Part shown: positions 36,651 through 46,064 of the stretch, in pieces
How positions within the stretch are numbered: the stretch's first letter is position 1
Layout: each line of letters opens with the position of its first letter
Assembly (NCBI GenBank): GCA_963668315.1
Contig: OY764216.1
Coordinates: 2,624,001 to 2,688,000, forward strand
DNA: 64,000 bases
Direction: 5' to 3'
From: Spirochaetia bacterium
GTDB lineage: Bacteria; Spirochaetota; Spirochaetia; DSM-2461
The notes under the pieces: model-generated
Databases searched by the model: none
What the model saw: the letters and a program-made list of their open reading frames with translations, nothing else
What the model was told of the DNA's origin: nothing
Position numbers and translations under genes: made by a program

Positions 36651-37751
36651 ATGAGCATCACTGAACAGACAGCGTCCGGAACTATCGCTTTCACGGGAGG
36701 CGGAACGGGCGGACATGTCTATCCCGCCAAGCCGATTATCGACCGTATTCTCAGGGAAAGTCCGGAAAAATCCCTTTTTTGGATCGGTTCCTCCGGGGGA
36801 ATGGAAGAGGCTATCCTCAAGGACTGGGACATTCCCTATTACGGTATCCCCTCCGGTAAATTGCGGCGCTATTTCGATCTGAAGAATTTTACCGATCTTT
36901 TTAGGATTCTCCGCGGTTTCTTTATCGCCCGCCGTGTTTTAAGAAAGTACAGGCCGGATTTTCTCTTTTCCAAGGGAGGCTTCGTTTCTGTCCCCCCTGT
37001 TCTGGCAGCCAGAAGCCTGGGGATTCCGGTCTACACCCATGAATCGGATGTCACTCCCGGTCTGGCCACCCGCATCAACAGCCGCTTTGTCAATCGGATC
37101 TTCCTACCCTACGAGGAGTCCGTTCAGTATACCGCCGCTCCCTACAGGCATAAATGCGTTGTCAGCGGAAACCCCGTACGGGAAAACTTCTTCACAGGCG
37201 ATCCCGTAAGGGGGAGATCTTTTATAGGAGCTTCCGGAAACCTTCCCGTTCTTCTGGTTATGGGCGGCAGCCTGGGGGCGGAACAGCTCAATCGCCTTGT
37301 AGAAGACCGCCTGGATGAACTGACGAAGTTCTGCTTTGTCGTTCATCAGACGGGAAAGGGAAATTACACCCCCCTGGAGAGGGAAAACTATTTCCGTGCT
37401 CCCTATTTCAATGAGGAGCTTTTCGACATCATCGCCGCCGCCGACGGGGCGATTTCCCGGGCGGGAGCCGCGGCTATCTGGGAGCTGGCCGCTTCAAAAA
37501 CGCCCATGCTTCTTCTGCCCCTGGTCAAGGGGAGCCGGGGAGACCAGGTCTATAACGCCCGGATCTTCGAACAGGCCGGAGCGGCCGTGATCCTCAGAGA
37601 AGAGGAACTGGATAAGGAGAGCTTTATTGAGAAAGTGAAGGGGATCCTTACCGGAAAGAGTCCCGACTGGGAAGGCATCGGAGAAAAGCTGAAAATGGGC
37701 AAGGCGCAGGATATTATCCTCAGTACCATCGGGGAGGATCTCCGCCCATGA
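36651..37751 (+). CDS. murG: UDP-GlcNAc:lipid I N-acetylglucosaminyltransferase
   Basis: Motifs TGGGTGGHVYP, SGKLRRY, SKGGFVSVP, HESD, GNPVR and GGSLGA. Confidence 0.96.
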   Translation: MSITEQTASGTIAFTGGGTGGHVYPAKPIIDRILRESPEKSLFWIGSSGGMEEAILKDWDIPYYGIPSGKLRRYFDLKNFTDLFRILRGFFIARRVLRKYRPDFLFSKGGFVSVPPVLAARSLGIPVYTHESDVTPGLATRINSRFVNRIFLPYEESVQYTAAPYRHKCVVSGNPVRENFFTGDPVRGRSFIGASGNLPVLLVMGGSLGAEQLNRLVEDRLDELTKFCFVVHQTGKGNYTPLERENYFRAPYFNEELFDIIAAADGAISRAGAAAIWELAASKTPMLLLPLVKGSRGDQVYNARIFEQAGAAVILREEELDKESFIEKVKGILTGKSPDWEGIGEKLKMGKAQDIILSTIGEDLRP

Positions 37752-38230
37752 TTTTCGCCCCCTGGGAAGGACTGTTTTTAGGCGTTATTCTCATTTCTCT
37801 GATCCTCGGAACACGAAAGGGCGGGCTCAGAACCATGACGTTTTTTGCCGCCCACCTTTTTCCCTTTGTCTTCGCTCTGGTATTTACTCCTTCGGTGGGA
37901 GAACTCATTGCGGAGAAGGCGGCGATCAGCCTGAGTTCCTGGTTTCCTCTCTTTGTACCCGTCTATCTCCTTCCCATGATCATTCTTACACAGCTCTTTC
38001 GCGTTCTATACAAAAAAAGCCTTTCCGGAATGGGAGAGAAGAAAGGCCTTGTTTTCAGAATGGGGGGATTTCTCATGGGACTCCTCACCGGTGTCTTTTT
38101 CTCCCTGGCCCTGACCTGGCTTCTGCTTCTCCAACCCTGGATCTCCCGTGATCTGATATATCGATGGGGGGGGACCGTTTTTAATCATGCGGCCCTTCTG
38201 CTGCAGGTTTTTATGAGGTTTTATGTTTGA
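37748..38230 (+). CDS. CvpA-like membrane protein
   Basis: About 4 TM helices with R.GGFLMGLLTG; lies between murG and holB, as in other spirochaetes. Confidence 0.65.
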   Translation: MIFAPWEGLFLGVILISLILGTRKGGLRTMTFFAAHLFPFVFALVFTPSVGELIAEKAAISLSSWFPLFVPVYLLPMIILTQLFRVLYKKSLSGMGEKKGLVFRMGGFLMGLLTGVFFSLALTWLLLLQPWISRDLIYRWGGTVFNHAALLLQVFMRFYV

Positions 38231-39407
38231 AAATTTACTGGAACAGACACGTTTCAAGGAAACGATAATCAGGGATATCTCCCACTCCGCTCTTCCTCCG
38301 TCCCTTCTTTTTTCCGGTCCTGCCTACTCCGGGAAAATGACCGCCGCCCTGGAGGTTATGCGGGTACTGAACTGCCGGAAGAGCAATGCCCCCTGGGGAT
38401 GCGACTGCCATGCCTGTCAGGCCTCCCGGCTTCTCCTGCAGCCCCATCTGCTGCTTCTGGGAAAGCGTTCCTTTTACGAGGATATCGCCGCTTCGGCCGA
38501 TCTTTTCCGCCGGGATGACCGGGATTCCTCCCGCTATAAACTGATCCGCAGCACCAGGAAACTCTTGAGGCGTTTTGATTCTGTTCTCTGGGACGGGGAG
38601 GAGAAGAAAATAGCCAAGGGAAGCAAAGCGGTCCAGGATATAAACGATTTTCTCATAGCCATAGAGCCCGGCAGGAACGAGCTTTCCGAAAAGGAGAAAA
38701 AGGAGGGGCTCGACTTTCTGGAAAAGTCCGTGCCCGATCTGGAAAAACTGATTCCCGCCACCATTCCTATCAATCAGATACGCCGGGTTAGCAGCTGGAG
38801 CCACCGGGCGTCGGGGGGCGTGGATCATGTGAAGGTGGTGGTTATGGAGAGGGCAGAGAGTATGCAGGACAGTTCCCGCAATGCCCTTCTCAAACTTCTT
38901 GAGGAGCCGCCGGAAGACCTCTACCTGATCATGCTGACCGAGAGAAAGCGCATGATTATGCCCACCATTCTCTCCCGGGTCAGGAACTACTCCTTTGCCG
39001 GCCGCAGCGCCCGGGTCTCCCGTGATATTGTCTCGCGCCTGTACCGGACCGAGGCGGATATCCACTCCCTGGACGACTGGTTCGGCAGTTTCCGCCATTC
39101 CGGGGAATCCAGGCTGGCCGAGCTGGCCGAATCCTTTCTGCGCGATCTGTGCAGCCGGGAGAAAACCTTTCCCTCCCGCATCTTTGAGGGAATGGAGCCG
39201 GACGACCTGCAGACCTTTTACCAGGAACTGTTCCGGACCCTGCGCCTCTGGCAGAGACGATCCTTCAAGGGCGACGGGGGGCTCCCTCTGTCGGTTCTGG
39301 AGAAATGGAACGTTATTCTCAGGGAGAGCTACCACGGCGTGGAGATGCTTAATCAGAATCCTCTCATGCTTCTTGAGGCGTCCTATTACCGAATGAGGGA
39401 GATCTGA
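38223..39407 (+). CDS. holB: DNA polymerase III delta-prime-like clamp-loader subunit
   Basis: Motifs SLLFSGPAYSGKMTAA, C..CxCxxC, SRNALLKLLEEPP and PTILSR. Confidence 0.85.
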   Translation: MFENLLEQTRFKETIIRDISHSALPPSLLFSGPAYSGKMTAALEVMRVLNCRKSNAPWGCDCHACQASRLLLQPHLLLLGKRSFYEDIAASADLFRRDDRDSSRYKLIRSTRKLLRRFDSVLWDGEEKKIAKGSKAVQDINDFLIAIEPGRNELSEKEKKEGLDFLEKSVPDLEKLIPATIPINQIRRVSSWSHRASGGVDHVKVVVMERAESMQDSSRNALLKLLEEPPEDLYLIMLTERKRMIMPTILSRVRNYSFAGRSARVSRDIVSRLYRTEADIHSLDDWFGSFRHSGESRLAELAESFLRDLCSREKTFPSRIFEGMEPDDLQTFYQELFRTLRLWQRRSFKGDGGLPLSVLEKWNVILRESYHGVEMLNQNPLMLLEASYYRMREI

Positions 39408-40597
39408 TGAACAAATTTATCCGGCAGACGATCAAAAGAGTGGACAAACTTGACTGCGGTCAGGTTCAGAGACTTCTTTTCGACATGGTCGATGAGAATG
39501 AGCTACTGGCCATGGTTACCTCCTCCATTGACGCGGGTATGATCATTTCCGATAATCAGCACCGTATCATGCATGTGAACCGTCCCCTTCATCGCATGAT
39601 GCCCGTCAGAAGGGTGAATTATACGGAGTATTACAGCTGGGAGATTATCGAAGACGACGAGATAGCCGATTTCGTCCATGAGAGCCTTCTGAGAAAGGAG
39701 ACCGTCCGGGACAGGGAATACATACTGGATATTTCGGGAAGGACCATCATCCTGCGCCTCTCCATCCTGCCCCTGGTAAGCGAGGGACGCATCCGGGGGA
39801 ATCTCCTCTATGTGGAAGATGTCACCCGCCTGAAGAACCAGGAAGCCCAGCTCAGAAGGGCGGAAGGACTGGTTTCCCTCTCCACCATGACCGCAGGAAT
39901 CGCCCATGAAATTAAAAATCCCCTCGGTTCCATGGCCATCTATATTCAGCTGATGCAGAAGATGCTCAAAAAGGATGGCGATGTTCCCCGGGATGAACTC
40001 CTGAGCTACCTGGATATTGTCAACGAGGAGGTCGACCGGCTGAATTCCATCGTGGTGGATTACCTCTTCGCCGTCAAACCCATAGATGCCACCCTCCTCA
40101 AGAGGGATATCCATGGAGTACTGAATGAGGTTATGGATTTCATCGGCAAGGAGATGGAGTTCGACGGTATCAAGGTGGACTACCATATAGACGACAATCT
40201 CCCCTGGATACAGCTTGATGAAAATCTGATCAAGCAGGCCCTTCTTAATCTGATCAAAAACGCCCAGCATGCCATGGAAGGGGGCGGAACCCTTACGGTA
40301 AACTGTGTGAACAAGGACGACCAGATTCTTCTGACCATAGGGGATACGGGCTCGGGGATTTCCCGGGAGGCGATGGAAAAGATCTTCGAACCCTACTTTA
40401 CCACCAAGGACACGGGTACCGGTCTGGGCCTTACCGTGGTCTATAAAATCATAAAAGAGCACGGGGGCGATATCGATGTCCGTTCCCGCGAAGGGGAGGG
40501 TACGACTTTCTGGATCACCTTCCCCGTTCCCCAGGAGGGGGAGAAACTGCTGATTTTTGACGATAAATCATCCGAAGAGGTGACTGATGACGTTTAA
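39407..40597 (+). CDS. Cytoplasmic PAS-domain sensor histidine kinase (Hk2-like)
   Basis: Motifs AHEIKNPL, NLIKNA, DTGSGI and FTTK..GTGLGL. Confidence 0.93.
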   Translation: MNKFIRQTIKRVDKLDCGQVQRLLFDMVDENELLAMVTSSIDAGMIISDNQHRIMHVNRPLHRMMPVRRVNYTEYYSWEIIEDDEIADFVHESLLRKETVRDREYILDISGRTIILRLSILPLVSEGRIRGNLLYVEDVTRLKNQEAQLRRAEGLVSLSTMTAGIAHEIKNPLGSMAIYIQLMQKMLKKDGDVPRDELLSYLDIVNEEVDRLNSIVVDYLFAVKPIDATLLKRDIHGVLNEVMDFIGKEMEFDGIKVDYHIDDNLPWIQLDENLIKQALLNLIKNAQHAMEGGGTLTVNCVNKDDQILLTIGDTGSGISREAMEKIFEPYFTTKDTGTGLGLTVVYKIIKEHGGDIDVRSREGEGTTFWITFPVPQEGEKLLIFDDKSSEEVTDDV

Positions 40598-41960
40598 GAT
40601 ACTTATTGTTGATGACGAGAAAAATATCCGCGTGGGACTGGGAAAGTCACTGGAGATGGAAGGCTACGAGATCTATCTGGCGGAAAACGGCAATGAAGCC
40701 ATGAAGGAGATGCTCAGGACCAGTATCGATCTGGTTGTGACTGACCTGAGAATGCCCGGCATGTCCGGGGAGGAACTTCTCAAGAAGCTGACGAATGCCT
40801 ATCCCACGGTTCCGGTGATTATCCTGACCGGACACGGTACGGTGGAGAATGCCGTGGACGCCATGCGCAACGGCGCCTTTGATTTTCTCACCAAGCCGGT
40901 GAATCTGGACAGACTGGGTCTGCTGGCCAAGCGGGCTCTCTCCAACCGTAAGCTGATTGTGGAGCACCAGGCCCTCCAGAAAGAGGTGGAGAGGCTGGAG
41001 AAAAAAAAGAACCAGGCCATTATCGGACGGTCCAGCGCGCTGAACCGGGTTCTGGAACTGGTGGAGCAGGTCGGGCAGACGAAGGTATCCGTTCTGATAA
41101 CCGGAGAAAGCGGTGTGGGTAAGGAGCTGGTGGCCGACGCCATTCATAACTCCTCTCCCCGTAAGGATAAACCCTTTATCAAAGTCCACTGCGCCGCCCT
41201 GACCGAATCCCTCCTGGAGAGCGAACTGTTCGGCCATGAAAAGGGAGCCTTTACCGGGGCGTCGGCCCAGAGAAAGGGCCGGTTTGAACTAGCCGACGGA
41301 GGGACCATTTTTCTCGATGAAATCGGCGAGATCAATCCTTCCGTGCAGATAAAAATCCTCCGGGTTCTCCAGGAGAAAACCTTCGAGCGGGTGGGAGGGG
41401 AAAAAACAATCTCCGTGGATACCCGTATCATCGCCGCTACCAACCGGGATCTGAAGGAAGAGGTGGAAAAGGGCAATTTCCGGGAAGATCTTTACTACCG
41501 GCTGAACGTGGTCAATATCCATGTGCCCCCCCTGAGGGAGCGCAAGGACGATATCCCCCTCCTGGCTTCGGCCTTTCTGGAACAGTTTTCCGCGGAGAAT
41601 GAAAAGGCCATCGAGGGAATTGAGAACAAGGCTTCCACCATGCTCTATAATTATAACTGGCCCGGCAACATCAGGGAACTGCGCAACTGTATGGAGAGCG
41701 CGGTGGTGCTCTGCAAGAAACATATCATCGGACCCGACGATCTTCCCCCCGGAGTCCGCACAAATGAAGAAGAGGGGGTTATCCGCATCGAACTCGGCAC
41801 ATCCATGGCTGAAGCGGAGAAAATCATAATCCGGCAGACCCTGAAAGGGGTGAACAATAACAAGAGCCGGGCTTCGGAAATCCTGGGCATAGGAAGAAAG
41901 ACTCTGCACAGGAAAATCCATGACTACGGTCTGGAGGAGGAGTTTCTGACCCGTGGATAG
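40587..41960 (+). CDS. Sigma54-dependent response regulator (Rrp2/NtrC-like)
   Basis: REC domain, GESGVGKE, GAFTGA, FLDEIGE, WPGNIREL and a Fis-type HTH. Confidence 0.95.
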   Translation: MTFKILIVDDEKNIRVGLGKSLEMEGYEIYLAENGNEAMKEMLRTSIDLVVTDLRMPGMSGEELLKKLTNAYPTVPVIILTGHGTVENAVDAMRNGAFDFLTKPVNLDRLGLLAKRALSNRKLIVEHQALQKEVERLEKKKNQAIIGRSSALNRVLELVEQVGQTKVSVLITGESGVGKELVADAIHNSSPRKDKPFIKVHCAALTESLLESELFGHEKGAFTGASAQRKGRFELADGGTIFLDEIGEINPSVQIKILRVLQEKTFERVGGEKTISVDTRIIAATNRDLKEEVEKGNFREDLYYRLNVVNIHVPPLRERKDDIPLLASAFLEQFSAENEKAIEGIENKASTMLYNYNWPGNIRELRNCMESAVVLCKKHIIGPDDLPPGVRTNEEEGVIRIELGTSMAEAEKIIIRQTLKGVNNNKSRASEILGIGRKTLHRKIHDYGLEEEFLTRG

Positions 41961-41972
41961 AAGGGGATCGCA

Positions 41973-44312
41973 GTGAAAGGATTTCTTCTGACCCATGAGT
42001 ACCGCGATCAGGGCGGACAGGTGCAGATTCACCTTCACGGGATTGGTGAAGACGGTCCTTTTCTGATTATCGTGGATAATCAGAAGCCACTGTTTTTCAT
42101 TAAGCGGCAGTCCGTTCTCCCCGATGGTCTGAAGGTTCTGAGAAAACCGGTGGAGCTGACGACATTTTTCCGGCAACCGGTGGACTGCCTCTATTTTTCC
42201 TCCAAAAGCGACTATTTCAGCGGGAGGGATCTCCTTAAAAACAACGGCGTTTCCCTGTACGAGTCCGATGTGAGTCTTCCCGAGCGTTTCCTTATGGAAC
42301 GGTTTATCCGGGGGGCGGCGGAAATCGAAGGGGAGGGACGCCTCCAGCCCGTACGGAACGGGAAGGGGGAGCTTCTTGTCTTCCGTAATCCCAAAATCCG
42401 ACCCCTTACCTACAAGCCCGATTTTCGTCTGCTCTCCCTCGATATCGAAACGGGCCAGCGGGGGGAACTCTACTCCATAGCCGTTCAGGGAACGGGCAGG
42501 GGCGTACCGCCCGAGATGGGGCGCGAAGGGGAGACCCGCTGTTTCATGGCCGATGACGTCCGGGATGAGAAGATCATACTGACCGATTTCCTGGACTGGT
42601 TCGCTTCCTTCGATCCGGATATTATCATTGGCTGGCATGTCATCGGCTTTGATCTGATGTTCCTGGAAAAAAAGTGCCGCGAGCACAATATTCCCTTTGC
42701 CCTGGGCCGTCAGGGAGAGACTCCCTTTCTCTCCGAGAAGCGTTCGGGCATCTATTCCGCTTCCCTTTCCGGCCGACTTGTTATCGACGGCCCTCCGACC
42801 TTGAGAGCGGCCTTTTACAAGTTTGAGAATTACAGCCTCGAAACGGTGGCTCACGAACTTTTAGGGAAGGGGAAGGATATCCGTCCCGACGAAGATAAAA
42901 TCGCCGAGATAGAGAGGCGTTTCCGGGAGGACAAGGAGGCTCTGGCCCGGTATAATCTCGAAGACTGCGTACTGGTCACGGATATTTTCTCCCGAACGGC
43001 GATTCTTGATCAGCTGGTGACCCGTTCGCTCATTTCCGGTATGGCCCTTGACCGGGTCTCCCTGTCCGTTGCCTCCTTTGACTTCTTCTATCTCCCCCGA
43101 CTCCACCGCAAAGGCATGGTCGCTCCCGATACGTCGGATATCGTTTCAGGAGACCAGGCCGCGGGGGGCTACGTTTTCTCTTCCGATGCAGGCCTCTATG
43201 AGTACGTGGCGGTGCTTGACTTCAAAAGCCTGTACCCCTCCATCATAAGAACGTTCCATATCGATCCCTGGTCGCGGCTGAACAGCGGGAAAGATCCCTT
43301 GAGCACTCCCACGGGACTGGTCTTCTCACGGACCGAAGAGATCCTTCCCGATTTTCTGGAAGAGCTGATGGAGATCCGTGCCCAGGCGAAAAGGGACGGG
43401 GACGATCATCTGTCACAGGCGGTAAAAATCCTCATGAACAGCTTCTACGGCGTGATGGGGACCACGGGCTGCCGGTTTTACCACGCCGACCTTCCCACGG
43501 CCATTACGGGCACGGGTCAGTGGATTCTCAAGGAGAGTTCGGCCTACCTCAGGGAACGGGGATACTCAGTCATCTACGGCGATACGGACTCCCTCTTCGT
43601 CTGCCTCTCCGAGCATCCTGAGTATTCCCATGAAGAAGAGGCGGCTCGTCTAACTGCTGATATCAACAAGTACTGGGCTGAACGGCTGAGAAAGGAGTTT
43701 GATCTGGAATCCTACCTGGAATTGGAATGGGAGAAGCTCTACCGCCACTTTCTCATTCCCCCCATCCGGGGCAGCCGCGAGGGAGCCACCAAGCGGTATG
43801 CGGGAAGAAAGACCGACGGCACCTTGGAACTAAAGGGGCTGGAGTTCGTCCGCAGCGACTGGACCGCCTTGGCGAAAAGATTTCAGTATGAGTTGTTCGA
43901 ACGATTCTTTGATCTCCAGGAAAGGGAAAAGGGTACGCCCATGGAAGAAGAACGGCATGAACTCAAAATGTGGGTCCGCCTTTTTGTGGAGGATATCAAG
44001 GCGGGTCGATTTGACGGAGAACTGGTCTATAAGCGGCGGTTAACGAAGAAGACGGAAGGATATACTAAGAGTACTCCTCCCCACGTGAAGGCTATACGGA
44101 TGCTTGACGACGCTGGTATCGTGCACGGGCGGGATGTGGAGTACGTGATGACCCCGGCCGGGCCTGTCCCGTTGCAGCTGAACCCGGAGGAGCTGGATTA
44201 CAACCACTATCTGGAAAAGCAGATCGTCCCCCTGGCGGATGGGGTTCTCTTTGCCCTGGGGCTGACCTTTGACGGGATAATCGACGGGGAGCAGCTGGAT
44301 TTGTTTGGGTGA
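41973..44312 (+). CDS. polB: DNA polymerase II (family B)
   Basis: Exonuclease LDIET, motif A DFKSLYPS, motif B KILMNSFYG, motif C YGDTDS, and C-terminal clamp motif QLDLF. Confidence 0.95.
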   Translation: MKGFLLTHEYRDQGGQVQIHLHGIGEDGPFLIIVDNQKPLFFIKRQSVLPDGLKVLRKPVELTTFFRQPVDCLYFSSKSDYFSGRDLLKNNGVSLYESDVSLPERFLMERFIRGAAEIEGEGRLQPVRNGKGELLVFRNPKIRPLTYKPDFRLLSLDIETGQRGELYSIAVQGTGRGVPPEMGREGETRCFMADDVRDEKIILTDFLDWFASFDPDIIIGWHVIGFDLMFLEKKCREHNIPFALGRQGETPFLSEKRSGIYSASLSGRLVIDGPPTLRAAFYKFENYSLETVAHELLGKGKDIRPDEDKIAEIERRFREDKEALARYNLEDCVLVTDIFSRTAILDQLVTRSLISGMALDRVSLSVASFDFFYLPRLHRKGMVAPDTSDIVSGDQAAGGYVFSSDAGLYEYVAVLDFKSLYPSIIRTFHIDPWSRLNSGKDPLSTPTGLVFSRTEEILPDFLEELMEIRAQAKRDGDDHLSQAVKILMNSFYGVMGTTGCRFYHADLPTAITGTGQWILKESSAYLRERGYSVIYGDTDSLFVCLSEHPEYSHEEEAARLTADINKYWAERLRKEFDLESYLELEWEKLYRHFLIPPIRGSREGATKRYAGRKTDGTLELKGLEFVRSDWTALAKRFQYELFERFFDLQEREKGTPMEEERHELKMWVRLFVEDIKAGRFDGELVYKRRLTKKTEGYTKSTPPHVKAIRMLDDAGIVHGRDVEYVMTPAGPVPLQLNPEELDYNHYLEKQIVPLADGVLFALGLTFDGIIDGEQLDLFG
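43422..44312 (+). repeat. Copy 1 of a diverged 891-bp direct repeat (polB 3' part)
   Basis: Colinear, without indels, with 56346-57236. Confidence 0.92.
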
Positions 44313-44636
44313 ATGGCAAAAGTTGACGGTTGAAGGCGGTTGGATTAAATCTGAATAATATTAGATCGTTCCGGCCTTGGGGGTATAAGGCCGTCCTGCA
44401 TTCATCGGTTGAAAATGGCAGGGTGCGCCACTTAGCGGAATGCCTGAAAACAGGGAAGGTTGCCCATAAGCCTGGTATGTTATAATGTAAAGTTTAATTA
44501 TATTGAATAGAAGGCGGCTTATGTTTATGGATGGCTATATGGCTCAGACCTGCCGATTCCATAAATTTCTTTATTAAGAGTTAATGCTTCTTAGCTCCCT
44601 AAGCTGTCGTTATGGCATCTTGTCTCCTCCTTTCTG

Positions 44637-46061
44637 TCATCTGCCTGCCGCGTATTCCAGAATCCCGTCAGTAAGCATTTCGGCCTGTTCCTCCCGGAGG
44701 TTCGGATCCCTGATCGCCCAGCAGTTTCTCTTAAAGTAGAGGTTTCTCGTCTCGATCAGCGCGGCCGCATCGGCCGGGTTATCCCGAAGTACGCAGACGT
44801 TTTCCTCGTGGGAAAAGGCGTTCAGCCCCAGCTTGGAAGCAAGCGTCTCCGCCAGGGATTCCGATCTCTGCTGTTCCCCGTCGTCAGAGCCGTAGTAAAG
44901 AACAGCCGTCCCCTCGGGAAGATTGGGGGAATTGTCCGCATGGATGCTCAGGTAAAGGGATTTTTGTCTTGAAGACCTTCTCAGGTACTCCCCGGCCAGG
45001 GTTTTTCTCATTTCAAGACCCTTGTTTGTTCCAATGGGCCTGAAATCATCGCTCCCCGGAACATTTACCGTATTGTATACTTCGTTTTTCTGATGGGGAA
45101 AGGTCAGTCCCGGTGTCCCGTTTCTGACAATATGATTGGGGCTTATCACCGTCAGGTGTACCTCCGCGCCGTGAAGCTTCAATAAGCGGTACAGCCTCAG
45201 GGCCGTATCGTAGGCGTATTCATCCTCCACTACAAAAATTGGACGTCCCAGGCCGTCTTCTCCAGAGACAATGGCTCCGGAGTCATAACCCCCGTGACCG
45301 GGATCCAGAATAATTGCCCAGTCTTTCAGTTCGCTCCCCCTTTTCGGTAAAGCGGATATTTGCCGGTCATAGGATTCCAGCAGTTCCCTGGCCTGGGAGT
45401 AATCCTCCCTTATGGATTGAGTGGGCATTTCATAATAGTTAAGGCTCTCCTGACGATCGCCAGCGGGAACCTGGTAATAGTACTCATCCGAGGCCCGGTT
45501 ATCGGCTTGAACGGTCCTTTTCTCTATTTCTGCCGGTTCATCCGCTGTAGGCGGTTCCAGGCACAGACTCATTCCCACGCGGATATTTCCGGAGGCAAGA
45601 TTATTCCACTCCTTCAGTTCGCCGATTCCTATATCGTACAGGAGTGATATCCAGGACAGGGTGTCCCCCTTCTCAACGGTATAAGTTTCTCCCCGCCTGG
45701 GAATTCTGGGCAGATAAATCGTCTGACCGATGTTTATTTCCATCTTTTCCAGTCTGTTGATTCCCATGAGCTTCTCCACGGAAACATCGAAGGCATAGGC
45801 CAGGACCGACAAAGAATCTCCCGGCATGACCGTATATTCTCTCTGTTCCCTGCATTCGGGAATTATCAGTTTCTGCCCAGAAGCTATGGAATCCTCTTCT
45901 AGATGATTTATCACCATAATCCTGTCAAGGGATATATTGAAATTCGAAGATATGCCGGACAAAGTGTCATATTTTTTTACTTCGTAGCTGAGACTGTGGG
46001 CCTCTATCAAGGGAAAAATGACGAAGAGGATGATTCCGATAAGGGAGCTGAACCTGACCAT
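44637..46061 (-). CDS. 3x LysM + N-acetylmuramoyl-L-alanine amidase (Amidase_3)
   Basis: Three Y.V..GDTLS/GDSLS-type LysM repeats; motifs LDPGHGG, SIHAD and LIE. Confidence 0.9.
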   Translation of the reverse strand: MVRFSSLIGIILFVIFPLIEAHSLSYEVKKYDTLSGISSNFNISLDRIMVINHLEEDSIASGQKLIIPECREQREYTVMPGDSLSVLAYAFDVSVEKLMGINRLEKMEINIGQTIYLPRIPRRGETYTVEKGDTLSWISLLYDIGIGELKEWNNLASGNIRVGMSLCLEPPTADEPAEIEKRTVQADNRASDEYYYQVPAGDRQESLNYYEMPTQSIREDYSQARELLESYDRQISALPKRGSELKDWAIILDPGHGGYDSGAIVSGEDGLGRPIFVVEDEYAYDTALRLYRLLKLHGAEVHLTVISPNHIVRNGTPGLTFPHQKNEVYNTVNVPGSDDFRPIGTNKGLEMRKTLAGEYLRRSSRQKSLYLSIHADNSPNLPEGTAVLYYGSDDGEQQRSESLAETLASKLGLNAFSHEENVCVLRDNPADAAALIETRNLYFKRNCWAIRDPNLREEQAEMLTDGILEYAAGR

Positions 46062-46064
46062 GAA

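Noticed and set aside
44458..44487. GGTTGCCCATAA-GCCTG-GTATGTTATAA as a dif site
   Set aside because: Spacer length and XerD arm deviate from the consensus; replication-terminus context cannot be assessed from this window.
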